A DNA stretch of 64,000 nucleotides, taken from a virus (lineage: Duplodnaviria; Heunggongvirae; Uroviricota; Caudoviricetes). Below the pieces are notes generated by a model. That model saw only the letters and a list, made by a program, of their open reading frames with translations. It did no database searches and had not been told where the DNA came from. Positions 50,423 to 61,318 of this stretch are shown here, in pieces. The position numbers and the translations under genes are program-made. The stretch's first letter is position 1. Each line of letters begins with the position of its first letter. Location: the IMG/VR virus record IMGVR_UViG_2851938318_000001; one strand, 5' to 3'.

Positions 50423-51067
50423 CTAATGAACGGTCACTCGGCCACAGAACCGGTTTTCTATCTTTTCTACAGCGTTATCTAGCATTCTCATCACTGATCT
50501 GGCTCTTGCTTCAACTGTGCGATACCGGTTGGAAACGACGAAGGTTTGCAGATCTCCCCTTTGCGGATGCAGGTGAATTTTTGTCAGTTCCCCGCACATC
50601 AACGCATCAATACGAGCGACATACAGACGGTCTAATGATGCTCGTTGTGACCGCAAGTAATCTCGCTCTGAGAGAGCGACCCCCGGGCGTAGGCCAGCAA
50701 TGGCGTTAAAGTTTGAAATAGCAGTTTTGTGGCAAAACTTTTCGATATCGAGGGCTAACTCAATACACCGATCTTCATTTGTATGGCCGACCAAATCCAA
50801 CGTGTAGGCCATAACATCAGCAGGTGTGCGATCGATAACAAAGCCTTCAACACCACGCGTAAGTAGCTCTATATGCTTTGCTATTTCCATTTGAATCTGA
50901 AGCCGCTCATATAGAGGCATAGAATCACCTACTCGAACACCGAGGCGGCTCATCAAACTTCCGACACCAGCATCCACGTAAGGGATTCCGTAATGTTTGT
51001 CGATATATTTAGCCAGGGTTGTTTTCCCACTGCCCTGAGCACCAGTGATCCCAATCCGGTAATCCAT
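50423..51067 (-). CDS. P-loop NTPase, possible (d)NMP kinase
   Basis: Walker A GITGAQGSGKTTLA near N-terminus; adjacent to DHFR. Confidence 0.45.
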   Translation of the reverse strand: MDYRIGITGAQGSGKTTLAKYIDKHYGIPYVDAGVGSLMSRLGVRVGDSMPLYERLQIQMEIAKHIELLTRGVEGFVIDRTPADVMAYTLDLVGHTNEDRCIELALDIEKFCHKTAISNFNAIAGLRPGVALSERDYLRSQRASLDRLYVARIDALMCGELTKIHLHPQRGDLQTFVVSNRYRTVEARARSVMRMLDNAVEKIENRFCGRVTVH

Positions 51068-51543
51068 TACGACCTTCTGTATACGATCTGCGAAAAGCCA
51101 GGCTCTTCCTCGCTGGCTCGTTGGGTATAAGCTGTTTCAACAGGCACAAAGCCTAAATTACGCATCATGCTTGCCGGGAAGAATGCATCGGCGTTTGGCA
51201 CATCAACGCCGATGTGGGAGAGCCAAATCTCTTCAACATGCGGCATGAATAGCGAGTAAATTTGTTCCCCGCCAATCACCCACACAGGCTCTGGTAATCG
51301 CAACACATCATCCACACCAGCAGGGTAGAATCCATTTGGTACAAAGCCATGAGAGCGCGTCAAAACGAGGTTATGACGCTCTGGAAGAGGGCGTTTGAGA
51401 CTTTCCATCGTTTTACGCCCCATAACGACAGTGGCGTTTTTGGTGAGTCTCTTAAATAGCTTCAGATCGGTAGAACAACGCCAGGGCAGTTCGTTCGCTA
51501 TGCCGATCTCATAGTTACGGCCAACAGCAGCTATCATCTTCAT
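51067..51543 (-). CDS. folA: dihydrofolate reductase
   Basis: MKMIAAVGRNYEIGIANELPWR...VMGRKTMESL...VWVIGGEQIY matches DHFR motifs. Confidence 0.8.
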   Translation of the reverse strand: MKMIAAVGRNYEIGIANELPWRCSTDLKLFKRLTKNATVVMGRKTMESLKRPLPERHNLVLTRSHGFVPNGFYPAGVDDVLRLPEPVWVIGGEQIYSLFMPHVEEIWLSHIGVDVPNADAFFPASMMRNLGFVPVETAYTQRASEEEPGFSQIVYRRS

Positions 51544-51953
51544 TTGCTCACCTCATAGATGACCGGTCTATGATGAGAGTCAGCTAAAGCGGCACGGAGT
51601 CGAGGATCGTGCACCAGCGCAGCGATAAGCAGATCGCCTTTATGCTCCGCTAATGTGCGCTTAATATGCTTCTCATAACTAGTGCTATTCGGTACGAGAT
51701 GAAGCCAGTCGTAATCAACACCAAAATCTTTCAGCCATCGTTTAGTGGGCGCTTCAAGAGTTTCAGAGCGGCTACTGATAAGCACCACTTCAGCCCCTGA
51801 GCGAGCAAAACCACGCAACATACGGCTGGTGGGGAAAATGAGTTCATCACCGGCAATGAATTGGCCTGCATCCGAGTCAGATACAGATTTACGATGGCTG
51901 GTATTTGCCAGCACACCTTCAATTTCGCATAAGACATACATACCTCTTGCCAT
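51540..51953 (-). CDS. hypothetical protein (nucleotide-metabolism neighbourhood)
   Basis: likely start MARGMYVLCEIEGV overlapping thyA stop. Confidence 0.3.
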   Translation of the reverse strand: MARGMYVLCEIEGVLANTSHRKSVSDSDAGQFIAGDELIFPTSRMLRGFARSGAEVVLISSRSETLEAPTKRWLKDFGVDYDWLHLVPNSTSYEKHIKRTLAEHKGDLLIAALVHDPRLRAALADSHHRPVIYEVSK

Positions 51954-51954
51954 A

Positions 51955-53085
51955 TCACACCGCCACTGGAACCTTGATCCACGGTAGAGGGGCATAGCCA
52001 AGAATAAGAATCTCGTCCCATTTGAAATCATCCAGCTCAGACCATTCATTAGGGAAAATAACGACCGGATCTGAATGCTCTGGAGCCTGTCGTTGCATTA
52101 GCTCACGCACACTTTCCATGTGGTTATTGTACAAATGCACGTCAAAGCCAAAATGCACAAATGCACCGGCCATGTGACCCGTAATCTTCGCGAGAAAATG
52201 AGTGAGAATGCCATAGCCAGCAATATTGAATGGCATACCAACAAAAGTGTCTACGCTACGCTGTACGAGGCAGGAGTTGAGGATGCGTTTGGGGATTCCA
52301 AGTTCATCCAGTTCAGCTTCAGTAACACTGCCGTCCATCTCCAGATCGTATAGCATCTTGGTGTAGATAGACTCGTAACCGAGGCGACTGTGTTGAAGAC
52401 CAATGTCAGTTGCCATCGTTAAACGGGTTTCAAAATCCAGCTCACGACTCCACAAAGAGAAGACAAAGTGGCAAGGTGGCAGTTTCATATCCTCAAGCTC
52501 GCCTACGTTCCATGCGTTAAGCATGATGCGACGATCGGTAGGGTTCGTGCGCAGTGTATCGACAATACGCTGTAGCTGATCGATTTCACGGGACAGCACT
52601 ACGCGATCTTCACTGATACCCAGGTATCCCTCGACTTTGTACCCGCGTTCACGGAAAGTATCGATCTTGCTCAGATATTCACTATGGCTCACGATGCGGG
52701 TATCTTCCCATCGACGCCACTGCTTACCGTAAACCGGCCCCAAATCGCCATTCTCATCGGCCCATGCATCCCAAATCTTAACGCCGTTATCCTTGAGAAA
52801 TTGGATGTTGCCCGTGCCTTTCAGATACCACTCAAGTTCGACAAGCAGTGGCTTAAGATTTACTGCCTTTCCAGAAATAAGCGGCACAGTCCCACCAGTA
52901 AGCATGTAGTAAGAGGGAACGTAGCAGGTGCTTAAAGTACCAGTGCCTGTGCGATCATCAGCCTGCACGCCGCTTTTAAGCACCGTCTCAATAACTTTTG
53001 CATACGATGCGTTTGTTACCTGACCGTTCGTATGCTCACGATTCAAAAGGAGTGACACAAAAACCTCACAAAGATAAGTAATCAC
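51955..53085 (-). CDS. thyA: thymidylate synthase (with two insertions relative to E. coli ThyA)
   Basis: IWDAWADENGDLGPVYGKQWR, RRIMLNAWNVGELEDMKLPPCH (catalytic Cys), GMPFNIAGYGILTH, HLYNNH; colinear with ThyA. Confidence 0.8.
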   Translation of the reverse strand: MITYLCEVFVSLLLNREHTNGQVTNASYAKVIETVLKSGVQADDRTGTGTLSTCYVPSYYMLTGGTVPLISGKAVNLKPLLVELEWYLKGTGNIQFLKDNGVKIWDAWADENGDLGPVYGKQWRRWEDTRIVSHSEYLSKIDTFRERGYKVEGYLGISEDRVVLSREIDQLQRIVDTLRTNPTDRRIMLNAWNVGELEDMKLPPCHFVFSLWSRELDFETRLTMATDIGLQHSRLGYESIYTKMLYDLEMDGSVTEAELDELGIPKRILNSCLVQRSVDTFVGMPFNIAGYGILTHFLAKITGHMAGAFVHFGFDVHLYNNHMESVRELMQRQAPEHSDPVVIFPNEWSELDDFKWDEILILGYAPLPWIKVPVAV

Positions 53086-53134
53086 TTATTCATTAAGTGA
53101 GTTTACATTTATTGAGGGAACAAGGCCAGATAGA

Positions 53135-53168
53135 TAAAAAAATGGTGGCCTATGGCCACCAAAAACGA
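53135..53168 (-). terminator. rho-independent terminator
   Basis: aaaaaaa-tggtggcctatggccacca-aaaa. Confidence 0.6.
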
Positions 53169-53229
53169 ATAGTTGTTTCAGGAATTTAACGCGCTAACAC
53201 AATATACATAGATAGATAACTACCTACAA

Positions 53230-54099
53230 TTATTTTTTGATCATTCCGTACATTGCTGAGGCTTTAGCTTGCTCAACAAAGGAGGATAAATCGACATCAC
53301 TATAGGTTGGAGACTTCAGAATCTTTCCATCGGAAATTCGAAAACCGATCATCTTATCGGTACCATCAGCATGGCGAAATCCCAGGTCTGAAGAGTCGTA
53401 TTTGCAGTTGGCCACAGCCTGGCGACGTTCCTCGACATCAGCAGGCCATAATTTTGTCATGTTAGACCGGTGAATTTCGCCAACCAGCTCGACTACATTG
53501 ATACCGAGGAAATCAGCCAGTCGATAGGTCATCATGCACGCCACATAGATTTTGTTCATGACACGGCGCAGTTCCTGAATCAGCTCAGAATCCTTAACAG
53601 TCTTGTTCTCAAGTTTATCTGCCAGCTCTTCGAGCATACATGACGCCTCACGAGCTTCCTGAAATGGCATTGCCATATCATCGAAAACAGTGTTACCGGG
53701 CACAAAAATTGTCTGCATAAAGCGATCAATGCTCTGTTCCTGCGTGTAATAGGTCATGCCGGTAGAAATACCACCTTTGATGGCGACCATCGTACCAACA
53801 CCAACGTATAAAAAGTCGGCCATTGCATCCAGCAGTTGCTCAATATCCCCATTCATTGCAGCTGGAATACCTTCCACTACAGCTTCTTCATGAATCAGGC
53901 TTGCACGGAGACGAAGCAGCTCTGGTGTCGGCATAACGCGTCTCGGATGCTGGAAGAGTTCATGAAACTGATCGACCATCTTGTAAATACTTTCAGTGGC
54001 TACACCATGGCCTTCATGCAACTCATATGGTTCTGGCTTAAATCCAATGAGTCGATCGGTGGCAAGTTTCAGGTGGTCAGTCAGTTTGGTAAAGTTCAT
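53230..54099 (-). CDS. hypothetical protein, possibly all-alpha NTP pyrophosphohydrolase (MazG-like)
   Basis: two EExxE/D-containing helical segments; location in nucleotide-metabolism operon. Confidence 0.25.
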   Translation of the reverse strand: MNFTKLTDHLKLATDRLIGFKPEPYELHEGHGVATESIYKMVDQFHELFQHPRRVMPTPELLRLRASLIHEEAVVEGIPAAMNGDIEQLLDAMADFLYVGVGTMVAIKGGISTGMTYYTQEQSIDRFMQTIFVPGNTVFDDMAMPFQEAREASCMLEELADKLENKTVKDSELIQELRRVMNKIYVACMMTYRLADFLGINVVELVGEIHRSNMTKLWPADVEERRQAVANCKYDSSDLGFRHADGTDKMIGFRISDGKILKSPTYSDVDLSSFVEQAKASAMYGMIKK

Positions 54100-54176
54100 G
54101 CTAGTTTTGTTCCTTCTTAATTCTTGTGATCCATTGTGGCCCAGCGTTGCCAGGCCACATAATGCTTTGTATCGGT

Positions 54177-55319
54177 TTACAGGTCTGCAAACTGGCTTAG
54201 AGAAGCCTTATCCACGGTAGAATCGATCTGACCTACCAGATATGTGCTTTGCTCTGCCTCTTGTGGTGCAATTTGCAGTGTGTCGGTTAACAACCACTTG
54301 TTCATCCAGACCAGCGGATCAGTGGTAACTTCTGGAAATAAAGCCTTCAGGCCAAGACGATTCATAGCCAGATTGGTTCGGTATTTTACATAGGTCTTCA
54401 GAATATCCGCGTTTAAACCAATCATCGAACCGTCTTTGAAGAGATAGTCTGCCCAGTTCATTTCTTGTTCGGCGACTGATTTCATGGTGTCGTAAATGAC
54501 GTTTTCTTCATCAGCAGCAATCTCTTTCCACAATAAACCTTCGCGACCGGTACGCATGAAGCGGATCATGCGTTCAGTTCCTTCGCAATGCAGAGCTTCA
54601 TCACGGGCAATAAAGCGCATAATTTTGGTGTTACCCTCAAGCAACTTCCGTTCGCCAAAGGCAAACGTACATGCAAAACTTACATAGAAACGGATCGCCT
54701 CAAGCGCATTAATGGACACCAACGTGCGGAAAAGCTGACGATGCAAAGGGTATGGCTCCCAGCCATATTCATTTACGTACAGACGTTCAAACTCTTTCTC
54801 ACCTAACGACTGGCGCTCGCAGGTCATCCCATAAAGCCTGTCATATTCAGCAGAGATACTGATCGCTCGGTTGATGATTTCTTCATCCGTAACAATACCG
54901 TCAAAAACAATGCTCGGATCGTCCACCATGCCACGAATAATGTGGGTGTAGCTGCGGCTATGGATAGTCTCAGAGAAAGACCATGTTTCAACCCACGTTT
55001 CCAGTTCAGGAATAGAGATAAGCGGCAGCAGCGTTGCATTTGGGCTACGTCCCTGAACTGAATCGAGTAACGTTTGATAACGGAGATTGCTCAGAAAAAT
55101 GTGACGTTCGTGGTCCCGCAGCTTCGTGTTGAAGTCGATACGATCGCTCGAAATATCAACTTCTTCCGGCCGCCAGAAGAAAGACAATTGACGTTCAATC
55201 AACTTTTCAAAATCACGGTATTTTTGCTGATCGTAACGTGCCACGTTGACAGATTGTCCGAGGAACATAGGCTCTTTGGTTGCATCATTAGCACCCAAAC
55301 GGAACGTTGAATATGACAT
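54177..55319 (-). CDS. nrdB: ribonucleotide reductase class Ia beta subunit
   Basis: near-colinear with E. coli NrdB ([28 protein letters not shown]-like, [16 protein letters not shown]). Confidence 0.9.
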   Translation of the reverse strand: MSYSTFRLGANDATKEPMFLGQSVNVARYDQQKYRDFEKLIERQLSFFWRPEEVDISSDRIDFNTKLRDHERHIFLSNLRYQTLLDSVQGRSPNATLLPLISIPELETWVETWSFSETIHSRSYTHIIRGMVDDPSIVFDGIVTDEEIINRAISISAEYDRLYGMTCERQSLGEKEFERLYVNEYGWEPYPLHRQLFRTLVSINALEAIRFYVSFACTFAFGERKLLEGNTKIMRFIARDEALHCEGTERMIRFMRTGREGLLWKEIAADEENVIYDTMKSVAEQEMNWADYLFKDGSMIGLNADILKTYVKYRTNLAMNRLGLKALFPEVTTDPLVWMNKWLLTDTLQIAPQEAEQSTYLVGQIDSTVDKASLSQFADL

Positions 55320-55349
55320 GTGTTTTTCCTTTTTCTTTTTTGGTGCGTT

Positions 55350-55382
55350 TAAACAAGTTGTTATCTTATGTGTTTAAACAAG
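55350..55382 (-). promoter_or_regulatory. conserved early promoter/operator unit upstream of nrdB
   Basis: aaacaagttgttatcttatgtgtttaaacaagg. Confidence 0.5.
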
Positions 55383-55425
55383 GCTTACAAATCAAAGAGA
55401 AGGTGGGGATATCCCCCACCATATG

Positions 55426-57741
55426 TCAGATTTTGCAGGCTCCGTCGCACTCATCTTCTGGCTCGACGGCTACAGCTTGCGTCAGTGGATTCTGCGGTTC
55501 GTCGTCATCACGCTTTCCTGCCCCATCTCTGGTGTTGTGGTAGTAAAGCGTTTTAACTCCCATCTTGTAGGCGAGAAGCAAATCTGACAGTAGCGTCATC
55601 ATTGGGACTTTATCGCCTTCAAAGCGAGAAGGGTCATAGTTGGTATTGGCTGAAATAGCCTGGTCAAAGAACTTCTGGATGATCGCCACCTTTGTCAGAT
55701 AGCCGCGGTTGTCCGGCATATCCCACAGGTATTCATACTGTTCCTTCAGTTTTTCAAACTCAGGCACGACCATCTTAACGATGCCGTCCTTAGAAGATTT
55801 CACCGACACCGGGCCACGAGGCGGTTCGATGCCGTTGGTGGAATTAGTGATCTGGCTGGAAGTCTCGCATGGCATTTGTGCCGTCAGTGTGGAGTTGCGA
55901 AGGCCGTATTTTGCAATACGTTCACGCAGTTCTTCCCACGGCATCTTTAACTCAAAGTTGGTTTCGCCACTTTCGTCTAATGAAGAACGGTAATGGTCGA
56001 TCGGCAACTGACCAATTGCGTACTTGGTCTGCTCAAACCAGTCACACTCACCTTTTGCTTCAGCAAGTCGGCAGCTGGCATCAAGAAGGTAATACTGGAT
56101 AGCTTCGAACGTTTCATGCACCAGTTTATTGCCAGCGGTATCAGAATAACGAACGCCATTCTTTGCCAGGTAATAAGCAAAGTTGGTTACACCAATTCCC
56201 AAGCTACGACGAGCTTTGGCAGGCACTTCGGCTGCCTCCATCGGATAGTCTTGATAATCCAGTAACGAATCCAGTGCAGCAACGGCATAGAACGCCACCT
56301 CTTTAAGAGACTCCAGTGAACGGATGGCTCCGAGGTTAAAAGCGGATAAAGTGCATAGCGCGATCTCACCGTTCGGGTCGTCGGTAAATGCCAGTGGACG
56401 AGTGGGTAGAGTGATCTCCATGCACAGGTTTGACTGGCGAACAGGTGCAAGAGCAGGAATGAAAGCGCCATGCTCGTTAATATGATCGACGTTCGCAATA
56501 TAAATTCGGCCCGTGGACGCTCGTTCCTGCATCAGAGATGAGAACAGCTCAATGGCAGGTACTGACTTCTTGCGAATTGAATCATCGGCTTCGTATTTAT
56601 GGTACAGCTTTTCAAACAGCTCCTGGTCTGTGAAGAAGGCTTCGTACATATCAGGCACATCATGCGGGCTGAACAGAGTGATGTTCTCGCTTCTGACGAG
56701 TCGACGGTACATTAGACGGTTACTCATGACGCCGTAATCAAGATGGCGAACGCGGTTTTCATCAATACCACGGTTATTTTTCACCACCAGCAGACTTTCA
56801 ACTTCAAGATGCCAGATCGGGTAAAACGCTGTTGCTGCGCCACCACGAACACCACCTTGCGAACAAGATTTAACAGCCGTCTGGAAATGCTTCAGGAATG
56901 GAATAACTCCAGTATGGGTGGCTTCACCATTGCGGATCTCGCTGCCCAGCGCACGGATACGGCCAAAACCAATACCAATTCCAGCACGACGTGAAACGTA
57001 GTCGATAATTGCGGCTGAAGCTGCACTAATCCCTTTCAGACTATCGCCAGACTCAATCAGCACACAACTGGAGAACTGACGGGTTGGAGTACGGACGCCG
57101 GCCATGATTGGTGTGGGCAGAGACAGTTTGAACGTACTTGTAACGTCATAGAAACCTTTGACCATCTCCATACGTGTTTTGCCAGCGCAGTCGTCTTCCC
57201 AATTCTGGAACAGACACATGCCTACCAGCATATAGATATGTTGCGGCCCCTCATGAATCTCACCAGTAACACGGTTTTGAACGAGGTATTTGCTTTGCAA
57301 CTGCACCGTAGCTGCATAGCCAAAAAGATCGTCACGTTTCGGCTTAATGTAATTGCCGAGTTCTTCGATCTCTTCAAACGAATAATGTGTCAGCAAATCC
57401 TTGTCATAAACGCCCTTGTTAACGTTCTTGACAATGTGTTGGTAGAAGTTCGGATAGTCGTAACGACCGAAGGCATCTTTGCGGATTTTAAAAATGTTCA
57501 GGCGGGCAGCCACCTGTGAGTAATTTGGTGCTTCTGGTGAGATCAAATCAGCGGCAGATTTAACCAAAGCCTCATGCAACTGGCTGGTGGTAATCCCATC
57601 AAAAATGCTGGCCGCAGCTCCCATTGCTACAGCGGATGCGCTTACACCACGAATGCCTTCTACGCCATACATTACGACGCGGTTGTATTTTTCTTCGGAT
57701 AACGGCTCTGTTTGGCCGTTACGTTTTACGATGCTTATCAT
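55426..57741 (-). CDS. nrdA: ribonucleotide reductase class Ia alpha subunit
   Basis: near-colinear with E. coli NrdA (VTGEI, PTPIM.GVRTPTRQFSSCVLIE, SCSQGGVRGGAAT, NLC.EI, C-terminal CxxxC). Confidence 0.92.
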   Translation of the reverse strand: MISIVKRNGQTEPLSEEKYNRVVMYGVEGIRGVSASAVAMGAAASIFDGITTSQLHEALVKSAADLISPEAPNYSQVAARLNIFKIRKDAFGRYDYPNFYQHIVKNVNKGVYDKDLLTHYSFEEIEELGNYIKPKRDDLFGYAATVQLQSKYLVQNRVTGEIHEGPQHIYMLVGMCLFQNWEDDCAGKTRMEMVKGFYDVTSTFKLSLPTPIMAGVRTPTRQFSSCVLIESGDSLKGISAASAAIIDYVSRRAGIGIGFGRIRALGSEIRNGEATHTGVIPFLKHFQTAVKSCSQGGVRGGAATAFYPIWHLEVESLLVVKNNRGIDENRVRHLDYGVMSNRLMYRRLVRSENITLFSPHDVPDMYEAFFTDQELFEKLYHKYEADDSIRKKSVPAIELFSSLMQERASTGRIYIANVDHINEHGAFIPALAPVRQSNLCMEITLPTRPLAFTDDPNGEIALCTLSAFNLGAIRSLESLKEVAFYAVAALDSLLDYQDYPMEAAEVPAKARRSLGIGVTNFAYYLAKNGVRYSDTAGNKLVHETFEAIQYYLLDASCRLAEAKGECDWFEQTKYAIGQLPIDHYRSSLDESGETNFELKMPWEELRERIAKYGLRNSTLTAQMPCETSSQITNSTNGIEPPRGPVSVKSSKDGIVKMVVPEFEKLKEQYEYLWDMPDNRGYLTKVAIIQKFFDQAISANTNYDPSRFEGDKVPMMTLLSDLLLAYKMGVKTLYYHNTRDGAGKRDDDEPQNPLTQAVAVEPEDECDGACKI

Positions 57742-57758
57742 GTATCACCAAATAAAGA

Positions 57759-57780
57759 GGGCCACTAAATATAGTGGCCC
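57759..57780 (-). terminator. hairpin terminator between RuvC-like gene and nrdA
   Basis: gggccactaaatatagtggccc. Confidence 0.55.
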
Positions 57781-57814
57781 ATGTTAATAGATAAGCACTT
57801 ACCTATCAATGAAA

Positions 57815-58384
57815 TCAAATGAGAGACTTAAGAACATCGCGCACCTGGCGGAACTGATCTGTTTGCATACCGGTATGGATGGCAGCCACCGCATCAGCCA
57901 AATGTTCGTTTTTGTTCACGAGAACATCCTGTCCAGATTGCTTACGACGCAGCCACGGTGCTTTAGGGTGTTTTTTCGTAGCCCACTGGATAATCTCTTC
58001 TTTCGATGTAGTAAGTTTATTGCCGACAAAATGCTTGATTTCGTTTGGAGTAACCTGGATCAATGGCTTATCCACACACGCAAGTACACCGATACAAATA
58101 CCGTAAGACGTCTGCGAACGAGAGTTTTGGCTCCCAACCGGTAGCTCACAAAAAACCATATTTGCCTTATCAATGATTGGCTTCGCAACACGCCATATTT
58201 CACTGGCGCGGCGCAGATCGTCACTGTTCACACGAACGGTCTTTTTGTTACTCCCCGCTTTAGTCTCAACAAGAGTAAGGCCGTGAATCTCAAGTTCGTC
58301 CGTCTCAAGGTCTAAAGTGCCCACAGCAAGCCCAAAGTTGCTCATTGAGGGATCAACACCAACTACGCTGATTTTTTTACTCAT
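57815..58384 (-). CDS. RuvC-like Holliday junction resolvase
   Basis: N-terminal ISVVGVDPSMSNFGLAVG resembles RuvC catalytic start; about 190 aa. Confidence 0.55.
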   Translation of the reverse strand: MSKKISVVGVDPSMSNFGLAVGTLDLETDELEIHGLTLVETKAGSNKKTVRVNSDDLRRASEIWRVAKPIIDKANMVFCELPVGSQNSRSQTSYGICIGVLACVDKPLIQVTPNEIKHFVGNKLTTSKEEIIQWATKKHPKAPWLRRKQSGQDVLVNKNEHLADAVAAIHTGMQTDQFRQVRDVLKSLI

Positions 58385-58393
58385 ATAGTCTCC

Positions 58394-59137
58394 TTACCAT
58401 GTTCCCCATATAGGGTTTTCCAATAATCTCGCCTCCAACGAATTGGCTACTATTGCCGTTTGCAACGTTGGTTGGGGATAGTTTGCAAAGTCTGAATACT
58501 CATTTTCCTGCGTGACACGTTTATCTGCGGCATGTTTAACACCACTTGCTATGAAATGACGCATGATGCCCAATAGCCTCCGACTGTCTGCACTATCGTT
58601 TGCTAAAACATGAGGGAGCTGAAGTTCGATTTCTACCATTTCTCCATACTTACCAACAAACTGTAGTTTGTCCGCACTGTACTTTTTATCCCTCCTTTGG
58701 ATAAGGAAACCAGTAAAAGCATCACCTGGCGATGCCAAACTATCCACCCGCTTATTGGCAAGTCGAATAAGGTTCGTGAAAGCCATACAGTGATGCGCAC
58801 CCATTCCCCCAAAGAACCCTTCGCTATTAATGTTAAGATCTTCAGTTTCATGGGATGCAATAAACCCAGGCCCGACGTTGGGAAGATATCCCCCCTCAAC
58901 AAAAGGATTAATCAGGATCGGCGCAACACATCCAGGTGGTAGTGATTTCAAACTTTGCATCAATGGCGTCTCGGATATTAGACCAAGCAACGCGGCGAAT
59001 TGTACTCCGTCAATATTGTTGCTGCCCCACAGAATACGTGGAGCCGCACCATTGGAAGTATGCCCATTGATCAGTTTTATCGACTGCATCACTGCAAATA
59101 CCTGCAAAAACTGCGAGCGGCTTAATTTAAACGACAT
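58394..59137 (-). CDS. hypothetical protein
   Basis: 247 aa ORF overlapping SbcC-like start. Confidence 0.4.
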   Translation of the reverse strand: MSFKLSRSQFLQVFAVMQSIKLINGHTSNGAAPRILWGSNNIDGVQFAALLGLISETPLMQSLKSLPPGCVAPILINPFVEGGYLPNVGPGFIASHETEDLNINSEGFFGGMGAHHCMAFTNLIRLANKRVDSLASPGDAFTGFLIQRRDKKYSADKLQFVGKYGEMVEIELQLPHVLANDSADSRRLLGIMRHFIASGVKHAADKRVTQENEYSDFANYPQPTLQTAIVANSLEARLLENPIWGTW

Positions 59138-61043
59138 AGCTGCGCCCCTCTTTAACTTCCAGCGTAATAGTTTCCCGGAACCATGACTTCATCTCTTTAT
59201 GGGAGATAATCAGCACAGTACCTCGCTCGCGAGCTTTGGACTCCAGAATACCCATGAGGCGTTCAAGACCGGCTGTATCGAGTGCATCGTCAATTTCGTC
59301 GCCGATAAACAAATCGATGTTTTTACTCGCCCGGTTACTAACCAGATCCTGCAATGCCAAAGAACACGCAATGCGAACCTTCCGCTTCTCACCACCAGAG
59401 AGGGTCTGGAACGACTTACTTGAACCTTTCTTCTGCACACTAATGTTGAATTTGTCGCGATACTCACCTTTTTTAGTGACATCCATCGTCGACCACTCAG
59501 CAGTAATATTCCCGTCAGACAACGTATTGAGATACTCGGCAGTGCGTGTATTCAGGAAAGGCGTAACAGACGTCAAAATATGAGAACGCACCCCGGCAGG
59601 AGAGTAGACCTGACGAGCTTTTTCCAATAGCAACGTTTGTTCCTGAATAGCCTTCAACTCATCTTTTAAGGACTTGAAGGTAGACTTACTGGATACCAAG
59701 TTATCTTCGTGTCTGGCGATAAGAGCAATAAACGGATTAATCTCTTTTGATATACGATCGACCTCAGTACGAGCACGAGTCACAAGAGACTCAATAGCAA
59801 CAACCTCCTTCTCACGATGACGCAAAGATGAGAGTTGTTTCGTAAGCTCTTCAATCCGGGCAATGATAGCCGTTACATCAGGTGTCGTTTTAACAAGGGC
59901 AGACTCAATGCTTAACGCTTTCTCAAGATTCGTTTTGTGTTTAGCCATTGCCTCTGCAAGTGTCTTCGCCTGACCAATTTCCTGACGTGCTTGTTCAATG
60001 AAACTCTCCTTCACCGTTGATAGATCTTCTTCGCAGTAGGCTTTGCCACAAGTAGGGCATGGTGATCCCACTTTAGTACCAACCTCTTCTGCTTTGGTCT
60101 TAAAATTACGCGCGCGGTTCATTGCATCAGCCTGACTATTTTCTGTAGCTTTGATGCTTGCCCGAATATCAGTTATCGCACCACGAACTTTGAGCAACTT
60201 GGCGTCATGTTCTTCTTTTGAGGCTAACTTTTTGCGCTCACTTTCGATTGCCTTCTCGGTATCACGTATCTGTTCGGGAAGAGTGCGGATCTCAAGTTCA
60301 ACTTCCGTTAACTCAACTTCGGCACTGGCCAGCCCAGCCAGGGCATCGTCATAACGTTTAGAACGCTCTTGCTCCCATGATTCAGAGGAGGCTTTCGCTG
60401 ACTCAATTTCTGACTGTGTTGCCTCAATGGTCGAGATTGTCGACTCCAATTTGGTTTTAACCACATCCATACGTGCGGCAGCTGCATTAGCTCGCTCACG
60501 AGCAATAGCGTAGGCGCGTGTCAGTCTGTCAACGCCAGCGGCTTCTTCTACGATGGTTTTGAGGTTTTTGTCGGACATTCCAGGTAAATCTGGCATAGCT
60601 TCTTGGCTCGCATAGATGGAAGCCATGAAAACCTCTTTAGATGCACCGATCAGACGCTCGACGAACTCCTGCGTCAGCGCATCTTTGCCTTTCGTCATAT
60701 CGCCATCTTCACCACGAACGATAAGACGATTTTTGAACTCTTTGTGTTTACGGTGACGAATGATTGCGTATCTCTTGCCTTCATCCTCGATGGTTACTGC
60801 AACACGACAGTTCTTTTCATGGTCGGTAGACAACACATCGTCACCCTTCACACCATGAGCTGTTTCGCCATAAAGACACCACATCAGGCTATTCATTAGA
60901 GTTGACTTTCCAGAGCCATTACTTGATGCGGAACTATCATCACTATTAACACCCTGAATAAGCACTAAACCACGCTGATCTAACTCGACCTCCGCGCTGG
61001 CGATAGCCATAAAATTCTCAACCTGGAGCTTTAAAAACTTCAT
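59127..61043 (-). CDS. SbcC/Rad50-like recombination ATPase
   Basis: Walker A GSGKSTL, long coiled coil with central CxxC hook (CPTCGK), signature LSGGEKRK, Walker B LFIGDEID. Confidence 0.8.
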   Translation of the reverse strand: MKFLKLQVENFMAIASAEVELDQRGLVLIQGVNSDDSSASSNGSGKSTLMNSLMWCLYGETAHGVKGDDVLSTDHEKNCRVAVTIEDEGKRYAIIRHRKHKEFKNRLIVRGEDGDMTKGKDALTQEFVERLIGASKEVFMASIYASQEAMPDLPGMSDKNLKTIVEEAAGVDRLTRAYAIARERANAAAARMDVVKTKLESTISTIEATQSEIESAKASSESWEQERSKRYDDALAGLASAEVELTEVELEIRTLPEQIRDTEKAIESERKKLASKEEHDAKLLKVRGAITDIRASIKATENSQADAMNRARNFKTKAEEVGTKVGSPCPTCGKAYCEEDLSTVKESFIEQARQEIGQAKTLAEAMAKHKTNLEKALSIESALVKTTPDVTAIIARIEELTKQLSSLRHREKEVVAIESLVTRARTEVDRISKEINPFIALIARHEDNLVSSKSTFKSLKDELKAIQEQTLLLEKARQVYSPAGVRSHILTSVTPFLNTRTAEYLNTLSDGNITAEWSTMDVTKKGEYRDKFNISVQKKGSSKSFQTLSGGEKRKVRIACSLALQDLVSNRASKNIDLFIGDEIDDALDTAGLERLMGILESKARERGTVLIISHKEMKSWFRETITLEVKEGRSYVV

Positions 61044-61318
61044 ATAACACCTCTGATACCGTGTGTTAGCTTTTGGCCTTCTTTCAATCTGAACTCCGTA
61101 TGCGCCGGGAAGGATCTGCGCCTCAATACGCCTTTTCTTGTTAACCTTCCAAGATAAAACGCTACGGGATTTCCTTGTGGCGGGTAGGGCTTGTGAAACA
61201 TCACCGTCTGGCCTCGTTCAAGTCTTTTCATCGTGATGGCAAAGTCTCGAAAGCTCCCATAACGACTTTGCTTCACACAGCCTCCGAACTCTCCGCTTCG
61301 GTGAGGATTTCCTGACAC
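61040..61318 (-). CDS. hypothetical basic protein
   Basis: 92 aa ORF between SbcD- and SbcC-like genes. Confidence 0.3.
   Translation of the reverse strand: MSGNPHRSGEFGGCVKQSRYGSFRDFAITMKRLERGQTVMFHKPYPPQGNPVAFYLGRLTRKGVLRRRSFPAHTEFRLKEGQKLTHGIRGVI

Noticed and set aside
51955-53085. Thymidylate-synthase homologue as a dUMP hydroxymethylase (hypermodified-thymidine pathway)
   Set aside because: The protein is colinear with E. coli ThyA including the catalytic-Cys motif, and a DHFR gene is adjacent, so a conventional thymidylate synthase is the simpler reading; not excluded without biochemical data.
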